Positions 18,654-28,305 of a DNA stretch of 61,378 bases are shown here, in pieces; the stretch's first letter is position 1; the number at the start of each line of letters is the position of its first letter. Below the pieces are notes generated by a model. It ran no database searches. It saw nothing but the letters and a program-made list of their open reading frames with translations, and was not told the origin of the DNA. Source of the DNA: an uncultured Anaerolineales bacterium (GTDB lineage Bacteria; Chloroflexota; Anaerolineae; B4-G1; SLSP01); the NCBI GenBank assembly GCA_964508025.1, contig CAZDSF010000008.1:22088-83465 (forward strand), read 5' to 3'. The position numbers and the translations under genes are program-made.

Positions 18654-19973
18654 ATGGAGCGACAACAGAAAGGGTGGGCAACGCCATTTTTCACGATTTG
18701 GACCGGGCAGGCGCTCTCGCTATTTGGAAGCCGCCTGGCGCAGTTTGCGCTGGTCTGGTGGGTTACTGAAACCACGGGTTCGGCGACGATTTTGGCGACG
18801 GCGACGCTCGCGGCGTTATTGCCGGAGGTGCTGCTGGGGCCGTTCGCTGGCGCGCTGGTAGATCGCTGGAATCGGCGCTTGGTGATGATCATCTCTGATG
18901 GCTGCATTGCGCTGCTATCTCTGTGGGTGGTGTATCTGTTCTGGGCTGGCAGTATCCAAATCTGGCACATCTATCTCATTATGATTGCGCGCTCACTGGG
19001 GGGCATTTTCCACTGGCCCGCGATGCAATCTTCGACCTCGTTGATGGTGCCTCAGGAGCATCTGGCGCGGGTGGCGGGGATGAATCAGACGTTGTTCGGC
19101 GCGATGAACGTGGTCGCACCGCCGCTGGGGGCGTTGCTGATGGCGGCATTGCCGTTGTACGGCGTGATGGCGATTGATGTGGTCACGGCATTGCTCGCTA
19201 TTTTCCCGTTGCTCTTTGTCGCCATTCCCCAGCCGCGACGCGTTGCGGAGGAGAGCGGGATCGAAGATGCGCCATTGCGCGTGTTGTGGGGCGATGTCAA
19301 AGGGGGGTTCCGGTATATCTGGAACTGGAAGGGGCTGTTGGGAGTCTGCCTTTTGGCGATGCTGCTCAACTTCTTTGTGTCGCCAGCGATGCAACTGTTG
19401 CCCATTCTCGTGACTTCACATTTTGAGGGCGGCGCGCTGCAATTGGGTTGGCTCAATTCCTCCTGGGGGGTGGGGCTGCTCACTGGTGGGCTGCTGCTGG
19501 CGGTCTCCGGCGGTTTTCGGCGGCGTTTGGTCACCGCCATGCTAGGGGTCATTGGCCTGGGTGTGGGGCTGTTGCTGGTAGGCTTGACGCCGGCGCAGGT
19601 GTTCCCCATGGCGCTTGGCGGCTTGCTTTTAGGCGGCGTGATGAACGCGCTGTGTAATGGCTCGTTCATGGCGGTCATGCAGGGCGCGGTTGCGCCGGAG
19701 ATGCAGGGACGGGTGTTCACGGTAGTCGGCAGCCTCTGCGCGGCTATGGCGCCGCTGAGCATGGCGATTGCCGGCCCGCTGGCGGATGCCGTGGGTGTGC
19801 GTACCCTGTTTTGGGTCGGCGGCGGGGCGCAGATCATATTGGGGGTGGTGGGCTTTTTTATTCCGGCGATCATGCGGCTGGAAGAGGATGCGCGCGCCCT
19901 CGCGCAAATTCGTGAAGGGTTTGCTGTGTCAGAACTGGCGCCGGTGCTGGTGGAATCTGAGCGGGTTCGCTGA
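18654..19973 (+). CDS. MFS transporter
   Basis: 439 aa with 12 predicted TM helices. Motifs LVDRWNRRLVMI and GMNQTLFGAMNVVAPPLGA are typical of the MFS_3/EntS-like group. Confidence 0.85.
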   Translation: MERQQKGWATPFFTIWTGQALSLFGSRLAQFALVWWVTETTGSATILATATLAALLPEVLLGPFAGALVDRWNRRLVMIISDGCIALLSLWVVYLFWAGSIQIWHIYLIMIARSLGGIFHWPAMQSSTSLMVPQEHLARVAGMNQTLFGAMNVVAPPLGALLMAALPLYGVMAIDVVTALLAIFPLLFVAIPQPRRVAEESGIEDAPLRVLWGDVKGGFRYIWNWKGLLGVCLLAMLLNFFVSPAMQLLPILVTSHFEGGALQLGWLNSSWGVGLLTGGLLLAVSGGFRRRLVTAMLGVIGLGVGLLLVGLTPAQVFPMALGGLLLGGVMNALCNGSFMAVMQGAVAPEMQGRVFTVVGSLCAAMAPLSMAIAGPLADAVGVRTLFWVGGGAQIILGVVGFFIPAIMRLEEDARALAQIREGFAVSELAPVLVESERVR

Positions 19974-20060
19974 GTGCAACTTCTACCTGGAACAGGCGTA
20001 TACATGAAAGAGGATGTTTAACTTCATGCGTACGAGACTATTTTCCAGGGGGTAGAGATC

Positions 20061-20573
20061 ATGAATCGCAGACGGCGTTCCAATCTGGTAGCTGGTTTTC
20101 TATTGATCTTTGTCGGCGTGTTGATGTTGGCGACGCGCATGGTGCCCGCGATGCGCGGTTGGAAGGAGGTCTGGTCGTGGCCCTTCTATGTTGTGGCTGC
20201 CGGCGCGGGGCTTTTCTTTTTGGGGCTGTTGTTGGGGGAGCCGGATATGGCGGTGCCCGCCTGCATCGTTGCCGGTATCGGCGGTATCCTCTATTGGCAA
20301 AATGCCACTGGTGATTGGGCCAGTTGGGCTTATGCCTGGACGTTGATTCCCGGTTTTGCCGGCGTGGGCACGGTGATTTCGGGCCTTCTGGGGAGCGATG
20401 CCCGGCGGCGCAAGGTGGTGGGCGATGGCTTGCAGACGATGCTGGTGAGTGCAGTGATGTTTCTCATCTTCGCCTCGTTCTTCGGGCGCGCACTGCTGGG
20501 CGATTACTGGCCGGTGCTGTTGATCCTGTTGGGGTTGGTGTTGATGGGACGGACGTTGTTCCGTCGTTCGTGA
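20061..20573 (+). CDS. Small polytopic membrane protein (LiaI/LiaF-TM-like, DUF5668-type)
   Basis: 170 aa, 4-5 TM helices. The N-terminus resembles the N-terminal TM part of the next gene. Confidence 0.5.
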   Translation: MNRRRRSNLVAGFLLIFVGVLMLATRMVPAMRGWKEVWSWPFYVVAAGAGLFFLGLLLGEPDMAVPACIVAGIGGILYWQNATGDWASWAYAWTLIPGFAGVGTVISGLLGSDARRRKVVGDGLQTMLVSAVMFLIFASFFGRALLGDYWPVLLILLGLVLMGRTLFRRS

Positions 20574-20606
20574 GGTAAGCGCGGCAAACACGCTGGGAGG
20601 TTGAGG

Positions 20607-21401
20607 ATGCGTCGTAATCAACTGTTTTGGGGCCTAGTGTTGATGGTGTTCGGGGCGGCGCTGTTGTTGGGCAATATTTTCGAGTTCAATGTGTGGGATT
20701 ACTTATGGCCGTTGATTTTTATCGCTTTGGGCGTGTGGATTTTGTGGGGCGCCATGCGTCGCCCCAAGTTCGCATCCGAGACGCTCGTCATCCCTTTCGA
20801 GGGCGGTGAGCGGGCGCGGATCAAGCTGCAATACGGCGGGGGGAAGCTCACGGTGCATGGCGATCCCGGCGCCGCCGATCTGGTGGTGGGCAATTTCTCC
20901 GGCGGCGTGGAGCATACGGTGCGGCAGGAAGGCGAGCTCACGACGGTGACGTTGCGCTCGCCGACGCCGCATCTGGTGTTAGGCCCCTGGAGCTGGTGGG
21001 ATGAGGGGCAACATCGCAAATGGTCTGTGGGGCTAACCGATCGGGCGCCGTTGGAGCTCGATCTGGAGACGGGGGCGTGCGATGCGCATCTGAATCTCGG
21101 CCCGTTGCCCGTAACGCGGCTGCGCTTGCAGACCGGCGCCAGCTCGACAACGGTGCGTTTGCCAGAGCGCGCCGGCCACACACAAGTGCGGATCGAATCC
21201 GGCGCGGCATCGGTCTCGTTGCGGGTGCCGGAGGGCGTGGCGGCGCGCATCGAAGGGCGCGGCGGACTGGCTTCAATTGTGGTGGATACGGCGCGCTTTC
21301 CGCGCAGCGGGGGTGTGTATCAATCGCCGGATTACGAGACGGCGTCTGACCGGGTGGATATTAGCGTCGAAACCGGCGTCGGTTCGGTGGACATTCGGTA
21401 G
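20607..21401 (+). CDS. LiaF-like membrane protein with C-terminal beta-rich (DUF4097/toast-rack-like) domain
   Basis: ATG at 20607 after gggagg. Two N-terminal TM helices, then beta-strand repeats (KLTVHGDPGAADLVVGNFSGGVEHTV...). Confidence 0.55.
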   Translation: MRRNQLFWGLVLMVFGAALLLGNIFEFNVWDYLWPLIFIALGVWILWGAMRRPKFASETLVIPFEGGERARIKLQYGGGKLTVHGDPGAADLVVGNFSGGVEHTVRQEGELTTVTLRSPTPHLVLGPWSWWDEGQHRKWSVGLTDRAPLELDLETGACDAHLNLGPLPVTRLRLQTGASSTTVRLPERAGHTQVRIESGAASVSLRVPEGVAARIEGRGGLASIVVDTARFPRSGGVYQSPDYETASDRVDISVETGVGSVDIR

Positions 21402-21417
21402 CAGTGTGCTGAGGTTG

Positions 21418-21456
21418 CGGCCCGATAGGCATGTCCTATCGGGCCGTTCTGTTTTG
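21418..21456 (+). terminator. Rho-independent terminator
   Basis: cggcccgatagg-catgt-cctatcgggccg, a perfect 12-bp stem, followed by ttctgttttg. Confidence 0.65.
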
Positions 21457-21529
21457 CGGCGGGTTGTCTATCTCCCCAACTATGGTTAAATGCTGGTGAG
21501 AACGTTTATCGAGATGGTGGGGAGGTGAG

Positions 21530-22363
21530 GTGATGAAGGCAAGTTGGCGGTGGAGCGTGGCGTTCGGCCTGGCAGCGGCGCTCTTGGGCGGCGCGGTATT
21601 GTGGATGGGCCCTGCATCCCATGATGTTGCATTGGCTGAATTGGAATTGTTGCGAACAGCGGATGAGGTGATCACCGATGTTCAAGAGTCCCTGGTTTTC
21701 TTGCCGTTGGTGCTTTCGGCTCACAATCCGGCCTGCGAGCCGATTCCAGGCGTCAGCTACGTTGCGCTTTCGGTGGTCAATCCGCACAACCCCGATGCCG
21801 AAAATGATCCCGGCTACAACTTGGGCCTGTTGGGCTACGAGCTCACGGATGCCTATCGCGGGCTGGTAGATTATGATGGCGGCGAGGATCTCAATGCGCC
21901 GCAGTTTCCGTATCTGTTCAGCGATCAGCGCGTGCCGGACTTCCCTAACGTCTACCGTCTGTATCACGGCTGGGGTGAACCCGTGACGGATTGGCCGGTG
22001 ACGATGCTGGGCATGGAAGTGACGCCTGCTGAGCCGCTGGCCGTTCCTGAGAGCGGTTATCGTATTGATCCGCAAGGGCATCAGGTTATGGTGATTTACG
22101 CCAGCGAACAGCGCATTGCGCTCAATTATACACGGGGCGACAATCTTCTGGGGTACACGATTTATGTCGAAAATGTGTGCGTCGAGCCGTCGCTGCTGGC
22201 GTTGTACCGGCAGCTCGATGCTGCCGGGCGCACACTCCTCCCGGCATTGTACGGCAGCCAGCCGTTTGGGCGAGCCACGGGGCAGGAGATTCGCGTGGTG
22301 ATTCGGGATACCGGCGCAGCGTTGGATCCGCGCTCGCGCAAGGATTGGTGGCGCGGGCGCTGA
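21530..22363 (+). CDS. Secreted hypothetical protein (signal peptide), carries a post-signal LVFLPLVLSAHNP motif
   Basis: MMKASWRWSVAFGLAAALLGGAVLWMG is a signal peptide. RBS gggaggtgaggtg. Confidence 0.55.
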   Translation: MMKASWRWSVAFGLAAALLGGAVLWMGPASHDVALAELELLRTADEVITDVQESLVFLPLVLSAHNPACEPIPGVSYVALSVVNPHNPDAENDPGYNLGLLGYELTDAYRGLVDYDGGEDLNAPQFPYLFSDQRVPDFPNVYRLYHGWGEPVTDWPVTMLGMEVTPAEPLAVPESGYRIDPQGHQVMVIYASEQRIALNYTRGDNLLGYTIYVENVCVEPSLLALYRQLDAAGRTLLPALYGSQPFGRATGQEIRVVIRDTGAALDPRSRKDWWRGR

Positions 22364-22452
22364 ATGGCTTGAACCGGCATCCGGGTGTACAATGAGCGGG
22401 GTGAGTCACAAGTCATGAGTCTTGACTTCTGACTTTAGATGCAGGAGGCAGA

Positions 22453-23445
22453 ATGGCACAACGTGTGGCAAAGATAGACATTGATTCGGAAGCGCCAGTG
22501 CGGGAATTTGCGCAGCAGGTGCTTGACAATGTCGAAACGGTGATCGTCGGGAAGCGCGCGCGGATTGAGTTGTTGTTGGTCGCGCTGTTGTGTCAGGGGC
22601 ATGTGTTGCTGGAGGATGTGCCTGGCACGGGCAAGACGATGCTCGCGCGCGCGGTAGCGGCGAGCATGGGGCTGCAATTCAAGCGTCTGCAATGCACACC
22701 CGATTTGCTACCCAATGATATTACCGGCGTCAGCATCTTCAACCAGCAGACCGGGGATTTCGAGTTCCGACCGGGCCCAGTTTTTGTGAATATCCTGCTG
22801 GCAGACGAGATCAACCGCGCGACGCCGCGCACGCAGGCGGCGCTGTTGGAAGCAATGCAGGAAGCGCAGGTGACGAGCGACGGCATCACCCGTCCGCTGC
22901 CGACGCCATTTTTGGTGCTGGCAACGCAGAATCCCATTGAATATGAGGGCACTTTTCCCCTGCCCGAAGCGCAGTTGGATCGCTTCTTGATGCGGCTTTC
23001 GCTGGGCTACCCTGATGCGCACGATGAGATCACCATGCTGCGACGCTTACGGCGGCAGCACCCTATCGAGACGGTAGGGCAGGTGGTGGATAGCGCTAGT
23101 CTGGCGACGCTTCAGCCGTACATCGCCGAGATCCACGTGGATGAGACGGTGGAGCGTTACATTCTCGGCATCATTCAGGCGACGCGGGAGCACCGCGATC
23201 TGACGTTGGGCGCCAGCCCGCGCGGCTCGTTGGCGCTGTACAAGACGGCGCAGGCGCTGGCGGCATTGCGCGGACGCGATTACGTCAAGCCTGATGATGT
23301 CAAATTGCTGGCGCCCTTCACCCTGGCGCATCGTTTGATGGTGCGACCGGAGAGCGAGCTGCGTGGCCGCACGGCGCAGCATATTCTGGATGAGATTTTG
23401 GAAGCGGTTGCGCTCGATTTGGGGCGTCTGGATGCTGAGGACTGA
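22453..23445 (+). CDS. MoxR-family AAA+ ATPase
   Basis: LLEDVPGTGKT (Walker A), ILLADEINRATPRTQAALLEAMQE (Walker B and sensor). Confidence 0.92.
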   Translation: MAQRVAKIDIDSEAPVREFAQQVLDNVETVIVGKRARIELLLVALLCQGHVLLEDVPGTGKTMLARAVAASMGLQFKRLQCTPDLLPNDITGVSIFNQQTGDFEFRPGPVFVNILLADEINRATPRTQAALLEAMQEAQVTSDGITRPLPTPFLVLATQNPIEYEGTFPLPEAQLDRFLMRLSLGYPDAHDEITMLRRLRRQHPIETVGQVVDSASLATLQPYIAEIHVDETVERYILGIIQATREHRDLTLGASPRGSLALYKTAQALAALRGRDYVKPDDVKLLAPFTLAHRLMVRPESELRGRTAQHILDEILEAVALDLGRLDAED

Positions 23446-23459
23446 GCGTTAGTCGCTGT

Positions 23460-24707
23460 GTGAGCGTTGCGGGGAGCCGTGCTGTGCCGAATCTGATCCC
23501 GTTTCTGGTGCTGCTATTCCTGATAGCCGCGTTGCTGCGTGTGGATTTCTTTTTCACCATCGCTTATCTGTTTGCGATTGTGGCGCTCTTCACGCGGCTG
23601 TGGACGCGTTATGCGGCTGACCATTTACAGGTGCGCCGGCGTCTCATTTCTCGCGCTTTCATTGGCGATGAGGTGGATGTGGAAGTGCTGGTACACAACG
23701 CCGGGCGTCTTCCGTTGGTGTGGGTGGATGTGCGGGATTCTTTTCCGGCGGTTCTGGCTTCGCCGCCGTTTCACCGCGAAGTGCTCAGTCTTGGCCCGCG
23801 CGAGGAGCGGCGGCTGCATTATCGGCTCACCTGCCGCCGGCGCGGCTATTATCCGTTAGGGCCGTTGACAGCGCAGACTGGCGATTGGTTGGGGCTACAT
23901 CCTTCCCTCGAAGTCTGTATGCCTGAGCCGCCGGAGGGTGAAGGCGCGTATCTCATCGTGTACCCTCAGGTAGTCGCGTTGACGCAGCTGGGATTGCCGA
24001 CCCACTCGCCGTTGGCGACGTTGCCCGCGCGCGCCGCCCTGATCGAAGACCCGGCGCGAATCATGGGGGTGCGTCCGTACCAGGATGGCGATTCCCTCCG
24101 CCGTGTCCACTGGACGGCCTCGGCGCGCGTCGGGCGCTGGTTGGTCAAACGCTATGAACCCTCGATGGCGCGGGACACGTTGATCTTGCTCGATCTGTGC
24201 GGCGATTCCTACGAGCGGCGCTATCGCTATGATGCGCCGGAGATAGCGATTGTGGCGGCGGCATCGCTGGCAAATCACATCGTTGTGCGTGAAGGGTTGG
24301 CTACAGGGCTGAGCACGTTGGCATGGGATCCCCTCACTGCCGCACAGCAGGTGTTTTCGCTGCCGCCTCGGAATGAACGGGCGCATCTCATCGGCATTCT
24401 GGAAGTGTTGGCGCGGGTGGATCTCATCCCGGCACGCGATACCGCCGAAAGCGACGGCGCGTTCGCGCACTTCCTCCGCCAGGAGACGCTGCATCTGAGC
24501 TGGGGCGCTACGGTGGTTGCTATCAGCGGGCAGGCTTCGCCGCTGCTGCTCGATACGTTGGGACAGTTGCGACGCAGCGGTTTCGCCGTCACCTTGATTC
24601 TGGCGCGCCAGGCGTTGACGCCGCCGCCTTTGCAGGAGCGGGCGAGCGTGCTGGGAATTCCGCTGTATCACGTGTGGCATGAGCGCGATTTGGGGATGCT
24701 GGCATGA
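23460..24707 (+). CDS. DUF58 (vWA-like) protein, MoxR partner
   Basis: VRPYQDGDSLRRVHWTASARVGRWLVKRYE is the diagnostic DUF58 motif. The exact start is uncertain (possibly a GTG slightly downstream). Confidence 0.85.
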   Translation: MSVAGSRAVPNLIPFLVLLFLIAALLRVDFFFTIAYLFAIVALFTRLWTRYAADHLQVRRRLISRAFIGDEVDVEVLVHNAGRLPLVWVDVRDSFPAVLASPPFHREVLSLGPREERRLHYRLTCRRRGYYPLGPLTAQTGDWLGLHPSLEVCMPEPPEGEGAYLIVYPQVVALTQLGLPTHSPLATLPARAALIEDPARIMGVRPYQDGDSLRRVHWTASARVGRWLVKRYEPSMARDTLILLDLCGDSYERRYRYDAPEIAIVAAASLANHIVVREGLATGLSTLAWDPLTAAQQVFSLPPRNERAHLIGILEVLARVDLIPARDTAESDGAFAHFLRQETLHLSWGATVVAISGQASPLLLDTLGQLRRSGFAVTLILARQALTPPPLQERASVLGIPLYHVWHERDLGMLA

Positions 24708-26386
24708 ATGCTACTGCTGACTATCACTCCGCGAGCGACTACGAGGCGCAGCATTCCTGGTTGGAACGCTGGTTCCGTCCCTGGGCGGTAGCGGTGCTGA
24801 TGGGCTGTCTCGCCCAAGGCGTAGCGGAACTACTGGGACTGTTCTATCCGGCGACGGTGAAGGCTTATGTGGTGCTCACTGCTGTGCTGGGCGCGCTGCT
24901 CGGCTATGGCGTGTATCGCCTGAGCATGACCACGATTCCCAGCGACTCTGAGCGGCGTTCGTTACGCCGGCTGGTGCTGGTGATCGCGTTTTTCGGTCTC
25001 AAGGCGTTAAGTTTCCTGGTCGAAGCGTTCACGGCTGTGCAGGCGACGGCGCGCCTGGGGACATCGGGCAATGCCTTTGCGGCGCTGTGGCAGTTCTTGG
25101 GCGCCTGGAGCGCCGAATTGGGGCGCGTGATCGCTGCACATCTGGCGGCGTGGGCCGTGGATCCCCGCGCGTTCTTTGATGTCACAACGCTGGTGGGATT
25201 CGCCTCCTTTGTGCTGTCTTGGGGGGTGGCGCTGACCACGGCGAGTGATTTTGCGCGCATCGGTGTGCCTTCTGAGGATCGGCAGGAGCGTTTGCCGCTG
25301 GCGGCGATTTCCCGGCGTTTTCTCACGGGGGGTGTGCTGCTGTTGATCGTCACGGGGCTGGCGCGCACTGAGATGTGGGACATGGCGTTTGCTGCGCGCC
25401 CGCCGCTTCCCGGTTTGCTGGTCAATGTGTTGCTGTACACGATTTTGGGCTTTGCACTGGTAGCGCACACCCACTTGCTGACCCGCATCCGCCGTTGGCA
25501 GAGTGAGAAAGCGCACATTGCGGATGATCTCGCGGCGCGCTGGCTGCGCTATGCCGTTGTCTTCATGGCGGCGGCGGCGATCCTGGCAGCTGTTTTGCCT
25601 ACAGGTTTTACCGTTCCGCTTCTCGATTGGGGACGTTGGTTCCTCTGGGGGTTGATGCTGGTGGGGACGTTCCTGTTCTACCTGCTGGGATTGCTGTTTT
25701 GGCCTCTCGGCTGGCTGCTCTCGTTGCTGTTCAAGACGCCGCCGCCCGATCCGCCGGAATTGCAGTTGCAGTCGCCGCCTGCGGAGTTCGCTGCTGAGGA
25801 TGCCGCCGCTGAGACAGCGCCGCAGTTCCTGGTACTGCGAACGCTAATTGTTCTGACTTTGTTGATCAGCGGCTTGCTCTTTTGGATCCGCCGTTATTTG
25901 CAGGCGCATCCCGAAGTGCGCGCGCGGTTGGCGGCATGGCGTCCGGTGCTGGTGGCGCGGCAGTGGAGGATGAATGCCGCGCGCTGGTTGCGTGGGTTGT
26001 TCCGGCGTGCGCATTCCCAACTGCGCCAGGGCTTGCGAAATCGCCGCCTGGCGGGGATGCGCTTACCCTCGTTGCCGCGCGCGCGGCGTCTGAGGACGCC
26101 GGAGACGCCGCGCGAACAGGTCATGGTCGCTTACCTCACCACGCTGGAGACGGCGGGCGACTCGGGGGTCTCGCGTCGCGCCAGCCAGACTCCAGACGAG
26201 TATCAGAATATCCTGGCGGTGGAATTGCCGGATGTGCAAGGCAATGTCAGCGACCTGACCGAGATTTTCGACGAGGCGCGTTACAGCCGGCACATGCTTA
26301 CCTCCGCTGATGCGGAGCGTGCGCAACGTCACGCGCAGGCCATCGCCGCGGCGCTAGAGCGCGAGAGGTCGGCAGAGCAAGCGTGA
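24704..26386 (+). CDS. Polytopic membrane protein with C-terminal DUF4129-like domain
   Basis: Multiple TM helices. The C-terminal ...ETPREQVMVAYLTTLETAGDSGVSRRASQTPDEYQNILA...EARYSRH resembles DUF4129, typical of the third gene in MoxR-DUF58 operons. Confidence 0.6.
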   Translation: MNATADYHSASDYEAQHSWLERWFRPWAVAVLMGCLAQGVAELLGLFYPATVKAYVVLTAVLGALLGYGVYRLSMTTIPSDSERRSLRRLVLVIAFFGLKALSFLVEAFTAVQATARLGTSGNAFAALWQFLGAWSAELGRVIAAHLAAWAVDPRAFFDVTTLVGFASFVLSWGVALTTASDFARIGVPSEDRQERLPLAAISRRFLTGGVLLLIVTGLARTEMWDMAFAARPPLPGLLVNVLLYTILGFALVAHTHLLTRIRRWQSEKAHIADDLAARWLRYAVVFMAAAAILAAVLPTGFTVPLLDWGRWFLWGLMLVGTFLFYLLGLLFWPLGWLLSLLFKTPPPDPPELQLQSPPAEFAAEDAAAETAPQFLVLRTLIVLTLLISGLLFWIRRYLQAHPEVRARLAAWRPVLVARQWRMNAARWLRGLFRRAHSQLRQGLRNRRLAGMRLPSLPRARRLRTPETPREQVMVAYLTTLETAGDSGVSRRASQTPDEYQNILAVELPDVQGNVSDLTEIFDEARYSRHMLTSADAERAQRHAQAIAAALERERSAEQA

Positions 26387-26402
26387 TAGTGGGAGGTTTT
26401 TT

Positions 26403-27755
26403 ATGTGTGATACGATGGTCGTTTTGGGTAAAGCGACTGCGGATGGCGTCACGTTGTTTGCCAAAAACAGCGATCGTGAGCCGAATGAAGCCCATACTCT
26501 GTTGTGGACTCCTGCTGCGCATCATGCGCCGGGCGCGGAATTGCGTTGTACGCATTGTAGTGTCCCACAAGCGCAGGAAACCCATACCGTGTTGTTGAGC
26601 AAGCCCTTCTGGATGTGGGGTTGCGAGATGGGCGTTAACGCGCATGGCGTCGCCATTGGCAACGAGGCGGTCTTCACCAAGGAGCCTTACCGCAATGCGG
26701 GCCTGCTCGGCATGGACATGATGCGTCTGGCGCTGGAACGTGCGACCACGGCAACGGCGGCGCTCGATGTGTTGATTGCGCTTCTGGAAACTTATGGGCA
26801 GTATGGCAACGGCGGCTATCAGCATCGGGCGAATTATCACAATGCTTTCCTCATCGCCGATCCACAGCAAGCCTGGGTCTTGGAGACCGCCGGGCGCTAC
26901 TGGGCCGCGTTGCAGGTTCGTGATGTGTATGCCATTTCCAACGGGCTGACCATCGGCAGGGAATGGGATCGCGCCAGTGAGGGGCTGGTGACGCACGCCA
27001 TCGAGAAAGGCTGGTGCCGCTCCGAAGCGGACTTCGATTTTGCGCGTTGTTACGGGGATCCGCTGTACACACACTTCAGTCAATGCGCCGTGCGACGGAC
27101 GCGCGCACTGAAGCTGTTGCAGGCCTCATCGGGGGCGTTGACGGTGAAAAGCTGCTTTGCCTTGTTGCGCGATCACGGGCCGCGCGCCATGGATAATCCG
27201 CAGTGGCATCCGGCGGAGTCTTCCATGGGCAGTGTGTGTATGCACGTTGGTTTCGGGCCGCTGCGCCCTTCGCAGACCACGGGATCGCTGGTCGCGCATC
27301 TGGACTCGCGGTTGACCTCGGCCTGGGTTACGGGGACCTCCGCGCCCTGTACGGGCATTTTCAAGCCCGTGTGGCCTGAAGTGGGGCTGCCTGATCTCGG
27401 CCCCGCACCCGGAGCGACGTTCGATCCGCAGACGTTGTGGTGGCGCCATGAGGTGTTGCACCGCGCAGTGCTGGCCGATTATCCGCGTCGCCTGGCTGCG
27501 TATGCTGATGAACGCAATGCGTTGGAACAGACATTGCTGGAGGAGGCTATCACATTGGCGGAGCAGGTCCGCGCGGAGTCGCCGGAAGCGCGCCGGGAGG
27601 CGCTGGCGGCATGTGCTGCTGCTGCGTTTGCACAAGCGGATGCCGCGACGGCGCATTGGTTGGAGCGGGTGCGGGCGATTCCTCCGCAGCGTTCGTTGCC
27701 GCTGCTGTATCGCCGGGCCTGGCGCAGTTTCGACCGCGCCGCGCAGATGCCATAA
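26403..27755 (+). CDS. Ntn-hydrolase, peptidase C69 (dipeptidase/secernin-like) family
   Basis: MCDTMVVLGKATADGVTLFAKNSDREPNE: a Cys directly after the initiator Met is the C69 nucleophile signature. Confidence 0.65.
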   Translation: MCDTMVVLGKATADGVTLFAKNSDREPNEAHTLLWTPAAHHAPGAELRCTHCSVPQAQETHTVLLSKPFWMWGCEMGVNAHGVAIGNEAVFTKEPYRNAGLLGMDMMRLALERATTATAALDVLIALLETYGQYGNGGYQHRANYHNAFLIADPQQAWVLETAGRYWAALQVRDVYAISNGLTIGREWDRASEGLVTHAIEKGWCRSEADFDFARCYGDPLYTHFSQCAVRRTRALKLLQASSGALTVKSCFALLRDHGPRAMDNPQWHPAESSMGSVCMHVGFGPLRPSQTTGSLVAHLDSRLTSAWVTGTSAPCTGIFKPVWPEVGLPDLGPAPGATFDPQTLWWRHEVLHRAVLADYPRRLAAYADERNALEQTLLEEAITLAEQVRAESPEARREALAACAAAAFAQADAATAHWLERVRAIPPQRSLPLLYRRAWRSFDRAAQMP

Positions 27756-27790
27756 CGAGCCGCGCAGGGACATTCAAAGGAGGCGTTGCT

Positions 27791-28183
27791 GTGAAAAACG
27801 CACAACTGCAAAAACTGCGGTGGATTTTCCTGCTGCTTTTTGGCGTCACCGGTTTGATTCTGGGGGTGTTGTTGGTGCGGCTTGGTGATCCCAAATACAC
27901 GGGTTGGATTCTCGCGCCGGGGCAGACGTCTGCTCCCGCGCCGCCGCTGCCCTCTACCGAGCGGATTGCCTTGATTATCTCCTTGATTTCGACGCTGATC
28001 ACCGCCGCGGGCTTTATCTCCACGACTGCGTTGGCCTGGCGCAAGGAGCTGCGCGAGGGGGAGCAGGCGCTTTTGGAGCGCGAGCGGCATCTGTTGGAGT
28101 TGGAGAAACTGCGGCGCGAGGTTGGTGCGCCGCAATCCGCCAGTGAGAGCGCGGCGTGTGAACCGCAAGATGAGAGGGGCTGA
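27791..28183 (+). CDS. Small two-TM membrane protein with coiled-coil tail
   Basis: GTG start 8 nt after aaggagg. VKNAQLQKLRWIFLLLFGVTGLILGVLLV.... Confidence 0.5.
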   Translation: MKNAQLQKLRWIFLLLFGVTGLILGVLLVRLGDPKYTGWILAPGQTSAPAPPLPSTERIALIISLISTLITAAGFISTTALAWRKELREGEQALLERERHLLELEKLRREVGAPQSASESAACEPQDERG

Positions 28184-28305
28184 ACAATGCGCAGTTTCTC
28201 TTTGGCTGCTTGCGCCTTGGGTCTGCGCATCTCTGAAAAAATCGGCATTGGCTGCTATTGCTCTCTGCTTACGACGAACTGCTCTCTAGCTTTTGGGAGG
28301 TGACT

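Noticed and set aside
22364-22452. Fourth full copy of the leader element before moxR
   Set aside because: Only gtgagt and gcaggagg are shared and the central modules are missing. It is kept as a weak relative inside finding 1, not as a feature.
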